Below are positions 40,611-49,702 of a stretch of DNA of 64,000 nt, in pieces. Position numbers and translations under genes: made by a program. How positions within the stretch are numbered: the stretch's first letter is position 1; the number at the start of each line of letters is the position of its first letter. The DNA is from Candidatus Cloacimonadales bacterium. GTDB lineage: Bacteria > Cloacimonadota > Cloacimonadia > Cloacimonadales > JAFGVF01. Below the pieces are notes generated by a model. It saw nothing but the letters and a program-made list of their open reading frames with translations, made no database searches and was not told the DNA's origin. Location of the stretch: the NCBI GenBank assembly GCA_963667035.1, contig OY762964.1, positions 128,001-192,000 of the forward strand, in the 5' to 3' direction.

Positions 40611-40790
40611 CGTTACTCCCATGAACAATATTTACTCAATCCTTACTCATCTCTTACTCAACACTTACTCAAAACATGATTTTGGAGTTGGAAATTAGTA
40701 AGATGTCTGGGAGTGTTATATCTCAATTCTGTCTATGTTGCTCAAGTGCATAACGGGAGAAGGGAGTAAAAAAGAAAAGTGTGTAAACCT
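40611..40790. repeat. Intergenic element with four 11-bp TTACTCA units and a tail shared with 10004-10031
   Basis: 11-mers at 40631, 40642, 40653, 40664; GGGAGTAAAAA(A)GAAAAGTGTGTAAACCT at 40762-40790 and 10004-10031. Confidence 0.75.
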
Positions 40791-41036
40791 TAATATGCGA
40801 TTAAGCATATAATAGCTTTAATGCATATTTTGAGTGTTTTTTATACTGATTATGCTATATAATCAAGCTATATATGCATGTTGATACATTCTTTATGGGG
40901 AGACTAAATTAAAAAAGTATTATTTGACAATATAAATCCTGATAGAACAAATAGAATTGTGGCGTTTATAAAAGTATCTAAAAATTCTAGTAAAATTCAT
41001 GGTATTATTGGTAGTTATTTTATAAAAGAGGTAAGT

Positions 41037-42323
41037 GTGAAAAAGAGATATTGGTTTTTATTTATAATCATGTTATATGAATCCCTTTGTTTCGGTCAGG
41101 AATACTTTGAAGAGTTGTTTAGTTCAGAGTCAAGAATAAAGGGATTTCAGGAAGACTCAACTGGAGTAATGTATCTTGCAACCCGTGATTGTTTATTTAA
41201 ATCAGTAGATAATGGTAGTTCATGGCAACAGATTTTTGATGAAGCGGGAGTTGAGACAATAGGTGTTAATTCTCTTGACTGTATCTATGCACTTTCATAT
41301 CCACCATTACTTAGTATGCATTATTCAATTGATCAAGGGCTTACCTGGAATGTAATGAATAGACCAACCGGCTATGATCTTGTTGATCTTTTTATAACAT
41401 CAGATGATACAATGTTTTTGACCGGTTGGGGCTGTATTTATAAATATGACAGTGATAATGAAGATTGGGTTCAGGTTTTAGCATGTACTTATGAAGAGAT
41501 TGTGACTTCGATTGTTAGTAATGAAAATAATGTTCTTTTTGCCAGTTCCACAAATTTTGAGGGCTCAGGAACTACAGGAGGAATATACCGATCTGATGAC
41601 CGGGGGGACACATGGGAGCATATCGGATTGGATTACTATTTTGTCCAAGACTTAACGATAAATTCAAATGGAGAGTTTTTTGCTTGTACTTCCGGGCATT
41701 CAACAACAGGTGATACAGTGATTATGCATTCAATAGATCAGGGAGAAACTTGGAATCAGTGTTTCAGTTATGCAAGCCAGATGTTTACTATCATAAACGA
41801 TTCAAATGATAATCTGTATGTTGGAACGGGAAATTATCCTATTAGTTGGGCAGGAGTTCAGTTCTCGCAAGATAATGGTCAAACTTGGAATCAGCTTCAG
41901 ACAAACCTGATACCCAATAATGCCCAGGTTGACTATCTCTACTGTGATTCCGATAATTACTTATATGCAATAGTTAACGGAGATTATCCTCCTTACACAT
42001 TATTGAAGAGTCTGGAACCGACAACGACTACAGTTATCGACGAAGATTTTGTGGCTCCTGTAAATCAAATTTCTAATTACCCAAACCCCTTTACAGACGA
42101 AACAACGATTGTTCTAAGACTTCCATCCAAGAGTATAAGAGAAGCAAAAGTCGAAATATTCAATGTGAGAGGGCAGAAGATTAGAGAAATACCCGTAGAG
42201 CAACAGGAAGTAAAATGGGACGGGAGAGATGATCAATGTCAAAAAGCCCCTTCAGGAGTCTATTTCTATAGAATAAAAACAGAAGATAGTATTTTGACAA
42301 AGAAATGTATTTTAATGAAGTAG
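41037..42323 (+). CDS. Secreted BNR/Asp-box beta-propeller protein with FlgD/T9SS-like C-terminal domain, paralogue 1
   Basis: Repeated S.D.G.TW Asp-boxes; NYPNPF...IFNVRGQKIR...WDG.D......SGVYFY. GTG start after GAGGT, as in paralogue 2. Confidence 0.85.
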   Translation: MKKRYWFLFIIMLYESLCFGQEYFEELFSSESRIKGFQEDSTGVMYLATRDCLFKSVDNGSSWQQIFDEAGVETIGVNSLDCIYALSYPPLLSMHYSIDQGLTWNVMNRPTGYDLVDLFITSDDTMFLTGWGCIYKYDSDNEDWVQVLACTYEEIVTSIVSNENNVLFASSTNFEGSGTTGGIYRSDDRGDTWEHIGLDYYFVQDLTINSNGEFFACTSGHSTTGDTVIMHSIDQGETWNQCFSYASQMFTIINDSNDNLYVGTGNYPISWAGVQFSQDNGQTWNQLQTNLIPNNAQVDYLYCDSDNYLYAIVNGDYPPYTLLKSLEPTTTTVIDEDFVAPVNQISNYPNPFTDETTIVLRLPSKSIREAKVEIFNVRGQKIREIPVEQQEVKWDGRDDQCQKAPSGVYFYRIKTEDSILTKKCILMK

Positions 42324-42590
42324 AAAACTGCAAGCATTCTATCAAGCTTTGATGGTTGCTACTCTCGGAGATACATAAACATAAGGTATCTATATAAGGT
42401 CTGCAAAAATGAATCTTTTAGATTGTACGGCTCTTTACTATGAAAGAAATTGTTAATAATGAAAAAAATAAAAAACATTTGACAATAAAAATCATAACTA
42501 ATTATATCTAATTGTGGCGTTTAAGAATGTATCTAAAAGTACTAGTAAAATTCATAGTATTATTGGTAGTTATTTTTTAAAGAGGTAAGT

Positions 42591-43868
42591 GTGAGCAAGA
42601 GACATTGGTTTTTATTTATGATACTGTTATGTGCATCCCTTTGTTTCGGTCAGGAACACTTTGAGGAGTTGTACTCTTCGGATTCAAGAATATATGATTT
42701 TGGAATAGACAATCTGGGGAATCTTTACTTAACAAATAATGGTGGTCTCCATCGTTCAACAGATAATGGGAATAGTTGGGAATTAATTTTTAATGATCTA
42801 CAACCTGTAAAAATTTGCTTTACTCCTACAAATGGTTTATACATGTATAATCTTTATAATTATTATTTTTCTCCTGATATACAAACTTGGGATATGATTT
42901 CTACTCTTAACCTTATTGGAACAAGAGATATATTCCTAGATTCACTAGGAAATCTATTCATTTACGGGTGGCGAGGTATTGCAAAATCAATAGATGGAGG
43001 TTGTTCATGGCAACAAACATTTTCTACAAACGTAGGAGAGGAATTCAATACTTTTATTGAGTCATCAGATGGCACATACTACGCCGGTTCTACAGCATAT
43101 GCTGCAGACACAGAGAACCCGGGAGGTTTTTACAGATCCTTCGATCAGGGAGATACATGGGAGAATATCGGATTGCCAAATTATTACATCCGATCTATAA
43201 CTGAAACATCCAACAACGAGTTGTTGGCCTGTACTTCCGGACATACAACAACAGGTGCAAGAGTGATTATGCATTCAACTGACCAGGGAGCAACCTGGAA
43301 TCAGTGTTTTAGTTATACCAGTCAGATGTTTACTATCATAAACGATTCTAATGATAATCTGTTTGTTGGAACGGGAAATTATCCTGTTAGTTGGGCAGGA
43401 GTTCAGTTCTCGCAAGATAATGGTCAAACTTGGAATCAGCTTCAGACAAACCTGATATCTAATAATGCCCAAGTTGATTATCTCTACTGCGATTCAGATA
43501 ACTATTTATATGCAATAGTTAACGGAGATTATCCTCCTTACACATTATTGAAAAGTCTGGAACCAACAACGACCACTGTTATCGAAGAAGATTTTGTAGT
43601 TCCTGTAAATCAGATTACTAATTTCCCAAACCCCTTTACAGACGAAACAACGATTGTTCTGGAATTTCCATCAAAAAGCGTACAAAGTGCAAAGTTAGAA
43701 ATATTTAATGTGAGAGGGCAGAAGATTAGAGAAATACCCGTAGAGCAACAGGAAGTAAAATGGGACGGAAGGGATAAAAGGGGCAATAAGGTTCCATCCG
43801 GTATTTATTCCTATAGAATACAAACGGAAGCCGGTATTTTAACAAAGAAATGTATATTAATGAAGTAA
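42591..43868 (+). CDS. Secreted BNR/Asp-box beta-propeller protein with FlgD/T9SS-like C-terminal domain, paralogue 2
   Basis: Same architecture; C-terminal half nearly identical to paralogue 1. Confidence 0.85.
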   Translation: MSKRHWFLFMILLCASLCFGQEHFEELYSSDSRIYDFGIDNLGNLYLTNNGGLHRSTDNGNSWELIFNDLQPVKICFTPTNGLYMYNLYNYYFSPDIQTWDMISTLNLIGTRDIFLDSLGNLFIYGWRGIAKSIDGGCSWQQTFSTNVGEEFNTFIESSDGTYYAGSTAYAADTENPGGFYRSFDQGDTWENIGLPNYYIRSITETSNNELLACTSGHTTTGARVIMHSTDQGATWNQCFSYTSQMFTIINDSNDNLFVGTGNYPVSWAGVQFSQDNGQTWNQLQTNLISNNAQVDYLYCDSDNYLYAIVNGDYPPYTLLKSLEPTTTTVIEEDFVVPVNQITNFPNPFTDETTIVLEFPSKSVQSAKLEIFNVRGQKIREIPVEQQEVKWDGRDKRGNKVPSGIYSYRIQTEAGILTKKCILMK

Positions 43869-43969
43869 AATATTATGACTCTTTTAGAAAGAATTTTCTT
43901 GCTAATTACAAAACTGGATACTTTAAAGGGTTACCTCCCACTATCACTATTAAGACATCGGGAATAGAT

Positions 43970-44689
43970 ATGAAAACAACCTTTCTTATAATAGCACTAT
44001 TATGTTCTGCAATTCTTCCTGCTTTGGAAACTGCTAGAGATACTTTAAGCTTTAAAAAGTATGAATATGGGATAGATTCCCTTGTTTTCCCTCTGGCATT
44101 GATAACCTATGGAGTTGTTGGTATCGAAAGTGATGAACTTAAACTATATAATAGTGAGATTAAAGAAGAAGTAAATGAGCATATTGATGAAAAACTTACT
44201 ATTGACGATTTCACTCAATACTTACCATTTACGGCTGTATATGCATTTAATGCTTTCGGAGTAAAAGGGAAGAACACTTTGCGTGATGAGACTCTAATCT
44301 TAGGAACAGCTTATGGATTAATGGCAGTGTCGGTTCTCAGTCTAAAAAAGATAACAGGAGTTGAGAGACCTGACGGTTCAACTAACAATTCATTTCCTTC
44401 CGGACATACTGCAACCGCTTTTATGGGTGCGGAGTTTCTCTATCAAGAGTATAAACATAAATCTATCTGGTATGGGGCAATAGGGTATGCTATTGCTTCA
44501 GGTACCGGAGCTTTCAGAATGTATAATGACAGACATTGGTTCACGGATGTTGTTGCGGGAGCAGGCTTTGGTATTCTCAGCACAAAACTATCTTATATGA
44601 TTTACGAAAGGATTGAAAAAAAGAAACTCCAAACTAAGGTTACGCCATATTACGAAGATAAGAAATTCGGATTTGTGATTGCTTTCTAA
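43970..44689 (+). CDS. PAP2 family phosphatase
   Basis: K......RP, SFPSGHT, R.....H...DV..G motifs; signal-like N-terminus from the ATG at 43970. Confidence 0.9.
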   Translation: MKTTFLIIALLCSAILPALETARDTLSFKKYEYGIDSLVFPLALITYGVVGIESDELKLYNSEIKEEVNEHIDEKLTIDDFTQYLPFTAVYAFNAFGVKGKNTLRDETLILGTAYGLMAVSVLSLKKITGVERPDGSTNNSFPSGHTATAFMGAEFLYQEYKHKSIWYGAIGYAIASGTGAFRMYNDRHWFTDVVAGAGFGILSTKLSYMIYERIEKKKLQTKVTPYYEDKKFGFVIAF

Positions 44690-44695
44690 ACTGAA

Positions 44696-45349
44696 TTATC
44701 CTAAGGTATATATCCCTAAGTAATTATCTTGATTAGTATCTACCAAGATAAACTCTTTCTTTAGGATAAATCCATTCTCTAGCATCAATTCTTTTAATTC
44801 TTTTGGAGTAGTAAAGTATCTGGTAGAAACTATTCTATCTTCGAATTTGACTTCCATGCATTTTGTCTCTTGATTGTAAGGGACATCACTGTTCTTTGGA
44901 GGATTACACATTGTGTTAATCCAAATTTCACCATTATTCTGTAGAATAGCAGATAGCTTCTTAATAACTTTAGTTCTGTCTTTACCAATTATACAGTGCA
45001 GAAAGAAACTGTCGATAATCAGTTCGTACTTTTCTTTTCCCTGACCTTCCGATACAATATTCTTGCAAATGAATTTTGCTTCAACATTCAAATCCTTTGC
45101 TCTCTTTTGAGCTGTTTCAATTGAGGAGGGAGCAATATCAATTCCAACATACTCTTTGCATAGCCGAGAGAAAGAAAACAGATAGGGTGATGTTCCGCAC
45201 CCCAATTCTAAAAGTTTATCGCATTTAGTGAAAGCAGTATTTTCTAAAAACCAACCCCAGTCATTCTGAAACTGATAATCTTCAGTTTGCCAATTTTACC
45301 CATTTTTATACTTTAATTCGTGGAGCTCATAATTAGTCTTTTCTACCAT
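44696..45349 (-). pseudogene. Class I SAM-dependent methyltransferase interrupted by a premature TAA
   Basis: The ATG at 45349 (RBS GAGG) is in frame with motif I LLELGCG, but codon 18 (45296-45298) is TAA. Confidence 0.75.
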
Positions 45350-45505
45350 ATCAACCTCTATGTAATTATTAGGATTAAATGTTATGTTGTAAAGGGGAAT
45401 ATAGCCATTTATTCTATTTTTAATCTATAGTATTGTTTGCAAATAGATTTGACATTGCTATACTGATTTATTTGGTTTACTCAAGTGCAATGGAGGTTAG
45501 TAAGA

Positions 45506-46186
45506 ATGAATGTTAGTTTTAAAGAAATAGATAATCAGATGGAATTTCGACTTACTGATGTGGATGATAAATATATACCCGTTTTTGAAATGTGTTATTA
45601 TAGCAGAGATTCGGAAGGCTTCTTCAAGAGATTTTCTAAAGATATTGAGAATCTTGAGTTAATAATGTCTAATTTTAGCAACCAAGCTGAGAATATGTTT
45701 AATCAATTAGGCTATTTCACTCCCGTTCTATGGGAGGAAGCGTTAGAGGAATTCTGTGTAAGAATTCAAGGTTCAGATATCAGATGGTGGCTTACCGGTA
45801 GCTGTGCATGCTGTATTAGGGGAATAGAACTTAATCCTCATGATGTAGATATTATTATTGATTCTAGAGATAAACAGAAAGTGATAGATTTATTTTTGAA
45901 TTGGATAATCGAGCCTATTGTAGATGCATCCGGTTGGGTTACTAAGGATTTTGGAGTTTTGTTCAAACATGCCCGTATAGATATTGCCTCAGATCCGAAT
46001 CCTGTTTTAGATAGCCCTGAACCGGTAGATTGTGGACCCTATGCACAGGCCCATTTGGAAACGGTTGATTGGAGAGGATACAAGATTAAAGTTCCTCCGC
46101 TTCATTTGCAGGAATATGTGAACAGAAAAAGAGGTAGAATAGATAGAGCTGATATGATAAGAGATACAATAAACGGCAAGAAGTAG
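45506..46186 (+). CDS. Nucleotidyltransferase family protein (ANT(2'')/Lnu-like fold)
   Basis: WWLTGS......G....PHDVDI (GS + DxD); RBS GGAGG before the ATG at 45506. Confidence 0.7.
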   Translation: MNVSFKEIDNQMEFRLTDVDDKYIPVFEMCYYSRDSEGFFKRFSKDIENLELIMSNFSNQAENMFNQLGYFTPVLWEEALEEFCVRIQGSDIRWWLTGSCACCIRGIELNPHDVDIIIDSRDKQKVIDLFLNWIIEPIVDASGWVTKDFGVLFKHARIDIASDPNPVLDSPEPVDCGPYAQAHLETVDWRGYKIKVPPLHLQEYVNRKRGRIDRADMIRDTINGKK

Positions 46187-46199
46187 AAACTTCTTGCCG
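46174..46199. terminator. Hairpin between convergent genes
   Basis: CGGCAAGAAGT-AGAA-ACTTCTTGCCG, 11-bp stem. Confidence 0.65.
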
Positions 46200-46214
46200 C
46201 TATTATAATGAAAC

Positions 46215-47645
46215 TTAGTTAATAGATGTTATCTTAAGAGTCCAGACATAGTCACATGGCGGATTGCTCCTTAACTCTTCAGGAATCTCTATTACGCAAC
46301 CTTTTCTACCTTTCTTTGTCCAACTGAGTGATTTATCATAGCCCAAGAGAAAAACTTCAGCTTCTTTATTAGGTCGATGCGATTCAATCTCAATCTTATC
46401 GGGTATAGTTTTCTCATTCTCATTGCAAACATAGAAGAAATAAGTGTTACCATCTTTGAGTTGAGTTAGGCAAATATTATTCTCTTTGTATGGTTTAAGC
46501 GGTTTACTGTAATATATGCCTTCGCTATTAATATTCATCCATTCTGCAACGCCTTCTAGTCTTTTGTAAGCATCAGGGGCCCAGTCGCCATCTGGAGTCG
46601 GTCCGATATTAAGGAGTAGATTACCTCCTTTTGCAACAACATTAACTAATAACTGAACTAATTCTTCAACAGATTTATACTTATGTTCTTTGTTATAAGA
46701 CCAACCCGGAGCCATTGGAACACATGCTTCCCAAGGTACAAGTAATGCCTCCTCTGGAACTTTGTTTTCAGGAGTGAGATAGTTTTCATATTCTCCTTCA
46801 ACCCATCTATCCACAATTATCAAGTCTTTCTGATGAGATCTAACCATTTTTGCTATAGATTCCATATCAATATCTTGATTATAATCTTTTGTTATTGCCC
46901 AATCTTTGAATTCTTCTGGTGTGTTATCTCTTGGTCTTATCCAAGCACCGTCAAGCCAAAGAATATCAATCTTTCCGTATTCAGTCATTAATTCTTCGAG
47001 CTGAGTGTTGGTGAATTTCTTGTAGCTTTCCCATTTCTCAGGATATTTAGAAGGATTGTAGTTTACATGTCTCGGACCTTTAGGATAGAATGACCACCAA
47101 TAATCTTCACAATGCCAATCCGGTTTGGAGAAGTATGCTCCAATCCAAAAGTTATCATTTCTGAAAGTATCGAAGATTTCTTTCGTAATATTGGCTTTTG
47201 GTTGTTTGGAGAAAGGTGTTTTTGGTGAAGTAATCTTGTAGTCGGTTGTTTTAGTATCGAACATACAGAAACCATCATGATGTTTAGTTGTGAAAACAAC
47301 ATACTTCATTCCTGCTCTCTTCGCTGAATCTGCCCATTTATGAGGATCAAAGAAGACCGGGTTGAAAGTTCTTTGAAGGTTCTCATAATCTTCAACATAA
47401 TCCGGATAACTCTCAAATCTGGCTAAATCACGACCAATCCAATCTTCAGAGCAGAGAGTCCATGATTCCATAACTCCCCACTGGGAATATGGTCCCCAAT
47501 GCATCATCAATCCGAACTTTAAGTCTTGAAAATCAGCAATCTTTGCTTTAACTCCCGGCTCATCCGGTTCATGGTACTCTTTGTTGTAAGCAGATAACAG
47601 AATTGAAATTGATAAAATAAGAAGAATTAGAAAACCTTTTCTCAT
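46215..47645 (-). CDS. Alpha-L-fucosidase (GH29)
   Basis: KFGLMMHWG, TTKHHDGFC, ILWLDG, GGNLLLNIGP; signal peptide. Confidence 0.93.
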   Translation of the reverse strand: MRKGFLILLILSISILLSAYNKEYHEPDEPGVKAKIADFQDLKFGLMMHWGPYSQWGVMESWTLCSEDWIGRDLARFESYPDYVEDYENLQRTFNPVFFDPHKWADSAKRAGMKYVVFTTKHHDGFCMFDTKTTDYKITSPKTPFSKQPKANITKEIFDTFRNDNFWIGAYFSKPDWHCEDYWWSFYPKGPRHVNYNPSKYPEKWESYKKFTNTQLEELMTEYGKIDILWLDGAWIRPRDNTPEEFKDWAITKDYNQDIDMESIAKMVRSHQKDLIIVDRWVEGEYENYLTPENKVPEEALLVPWEACVPMAPGWSYNKEHKYKSVEELVQLLVNVVAKGGNLLLNIGPTPDGDWAPDAYKRLEGVAEWMNINSEGIYYSKPLKPYKENNICLTQLKDGNTYFFYVCNENEKTIPDKIEIESHRPNKEAEVFLLGYDKSLSWTKKGRKGCVIEIPEELRSNPPCDYVWTLKITSIN

Positions 47646-47893
47646 TGCGTCCTCTTTTTGAATGTATTTTTATTTCACACTAAAAATGGTGTTTTAAGAT
47701 TTGTCTGTCAATTACTAATTTGTCTTAATGAGTAATCATTTTTTGGTCAGTATTGATTTGTAGGAAGGAATAGTTACATTTTGATTGTCCATAACTAAGG
47801 ATCAAGCAAGGTGATATGATATATCCTTAAAATTATCTTGACTCAGATTTTGTGGAAATGATATTAAATAATTCTAAAATATTAAGGAGTTAT

Positions 47894-49021
47894 ATGAGAA
47901 AGATATTTTGGTTGGCGGGAGAGCCGTCTGGTGATCTTCATGCTTCCTTTGTAATGCAAAAACTCAATGAACACGATAATGAGCTTGAACATTATGGAGT
48001 AGGCGGATATCGTATGGCTCATCAAGGTTTGAAGCAACTTTATCCATTTAAACAGTTTAATGTAATGGGTTTCATAGAGGTAGTAAAACATCTTAATTTC
48101 TTTAACAATGTAGAGAACGGTATAGCAAAATGGCTTGAAAAGAATAAACCCGATCTGGTAGTGCTTGTTGATTATCCCGGTTTGAACTTACGAATAGCTA
48201 AGATTGCTCATGAACTTAGAATTAAGGTGTTTTATTATATTTCTCCAACAGTATGGGCTTGGAAACATAATCGAGTAAAAAAGCTTAAGAAGTATTGCGA
48301 ATTCGTGGCTTGCATCCTTCCTTTCGAAGAGGATTATCTGGTGAGCAGGGGTGTACATGCCAAATATGTCGGTAATCCGGTTGCAGAAGAGATAACTGTA
48401 ACTTTGAGCAAAGAAGAATTTGCCGAGAAGTATGGTCTTGATGTTAATAAGAAATGGATTGGTTTCATGCCCGGTAGTAGAGATATGGAAATTAAAAGAC
48501 TACTTCCTGAGTATTTGCATGCTGTTGAGGTCTTTAATGACGATACTATGGAATATCTGTTTTCCTTGTCATCCTCGGTTGATAGAAAGCTCTTCATGAG
48601 ATTATTTGATGAGAAAAAAACAGCTAACTGTCATTTGATTTTTAACGACAATTATAATCTAATGAAGCATAGCTATGTAGCATGTGTTACTTCTGGCACT
48701 GCTACTCTTGAAGCTGCTTTAATAGGGAATCCCTTCATTATTGTCTATAAAACTTCTCAGACATCCTACTCTGTTGGCAGGAGAGTCATAAAGCTTGAAT
48801 ATATTGGCTTGCCTAACTTGATTATGGGTGTTGGTGTCGTACCTGAACTGATTCAAAACAATGCAAAAGGTTTCTCTATATACAGGACTTTACAAGACTA
48901 CATTAACTCTCCTGACTTCTATGTAAAAAAGAAGAAACAGCTTGAAGACTTACATAAAGAAGTAGGAGACAAATCTGCTTCCAAAGAAACAGCCAATCAT
49001 ATTAGAGAGATACTTTATTGA
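47894..49021 (+). CDS. lpxB: Lipid-A-disaccharide synthase
   Basis: AGEPSGDLH, DYPGLN, SPTVWAW, ILPFE, PGSR..EI, SGTATLE, LPN. Confidence 0.95.
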   Translation: MRKIFWLAGEPSGDLHASFVMQKLNEHDNELEHYGVGGYRMAHQGLKQLYPFKQFNVMGFIEVVKHLNFFNNVENGIAKWLEKNKPDLVVLVDYPGLNLRIAKIAHELRIKVFYYISPTVWAWKHNRVKKLKKYCEFVACILPFEEDYLVSRGVHAKYVGNPVAEEITVTLSKEEFAEKYGLDVNKKWIGFMPGSRDMEIKRLLPEYLHAVEVFNDDTMEYLFSLSSSVDRKLFMRLFDEKKTANCHLIFNDNYNLMKHSYVACVTSGTATLEAALIGNPFIIVYKTSQTSYSVGRRVIKLEYIGLPNLIMGVGVVPELIQNNAKGFSIYRTLQDYINSPDFYVKKKKQLEDLHKEVGDKSASKETANHIREILY

Positions 49022-49623
49022 ACATAACTTTGTTTCTTGAGAAATATCTAGCAGCCGGTTTGCTTAAGCTGTTAGATTTTACATGGAGAAAAGAGATAAT
49101 CAATGATACTTTTTCCGGTCCTTGTATTTATATGTTCTGGCACCGTAATCAGATACCATTAGCAGCTGTTAATGCCAAGAAGAAAGCAGGAGTTCTAATT
49201 TCTTCATCAAAAGACGGTGAACTAATTGCCGGCCCGGTTTCAGTACTCGGATATAAACCGATTAGGGGATCGTCAACAAGAGGTGGAAGTGCAGCTTTAA
49301 AAAAGATGCTTGATTATCTGAAAACAGGTCCTGTTGCAATCACACCTGATGGTCCTAAAGGACCTTTAAATAAAATTAAAAAAGGCTCTATCTTGTTAGC
49401 TCTTAAGAGTGGCTGTCCTGTTGTTCCGATAGCGGTCGATGTAAAGGGGGAATGGTTATTCAATTCATGGGATAAGTTCAGATTCCCAAAGCCATTTGCA
49501 AAAATAAGAGTCCATTTTGGTGTTCCTTATTATTGTGAGAAGGAGAAATCGATAGAGTTGATTGCTGATGAGCTGGAGACAATTCTCGGTAAAATGAGTG
49601 AGAATGTTCGTTTTAAAGAGTGA
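49018..49623 (+). CDS. DUF374 lysophospholipid acyltransferase family (LpxJ-like)
   Basis: FWH, S.S.DGE, RGSS.RGG, ITPDGP.GP, SWD....PKPF. Confidence 0.85.
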   Translation: MNITLFLEKYLAAGLLKLLDFTWRKEIINDTFSGPCIYMFWHRNQIPLAAVNAKKKAGVLISSSKDGELIAGPVSVLGYKPIRGSSTRGGSAALKKMLDYLKTGPVAITPDGPKGPLNKIKKGSILLALKSGCPVVPIAVDVKGEWLFNSWDKFRFPKPFAKIRVHFGVPYYCEKEKSIELIADELETILGKMSENVRFKE

Positions 49624-49702
49624 TATGAACATTTAGGATTATTTAGGAACTCAATTTGCATATAATGAATTATAATGGAATATTAACTAAGGAGATATAT
49701 AA

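Noticed and set aside
40495..40698. 67-aa ORF after groEL
   Set aside because: No RBS, it overlaps the 11-bp repeat element, and it has no recognisable motif.
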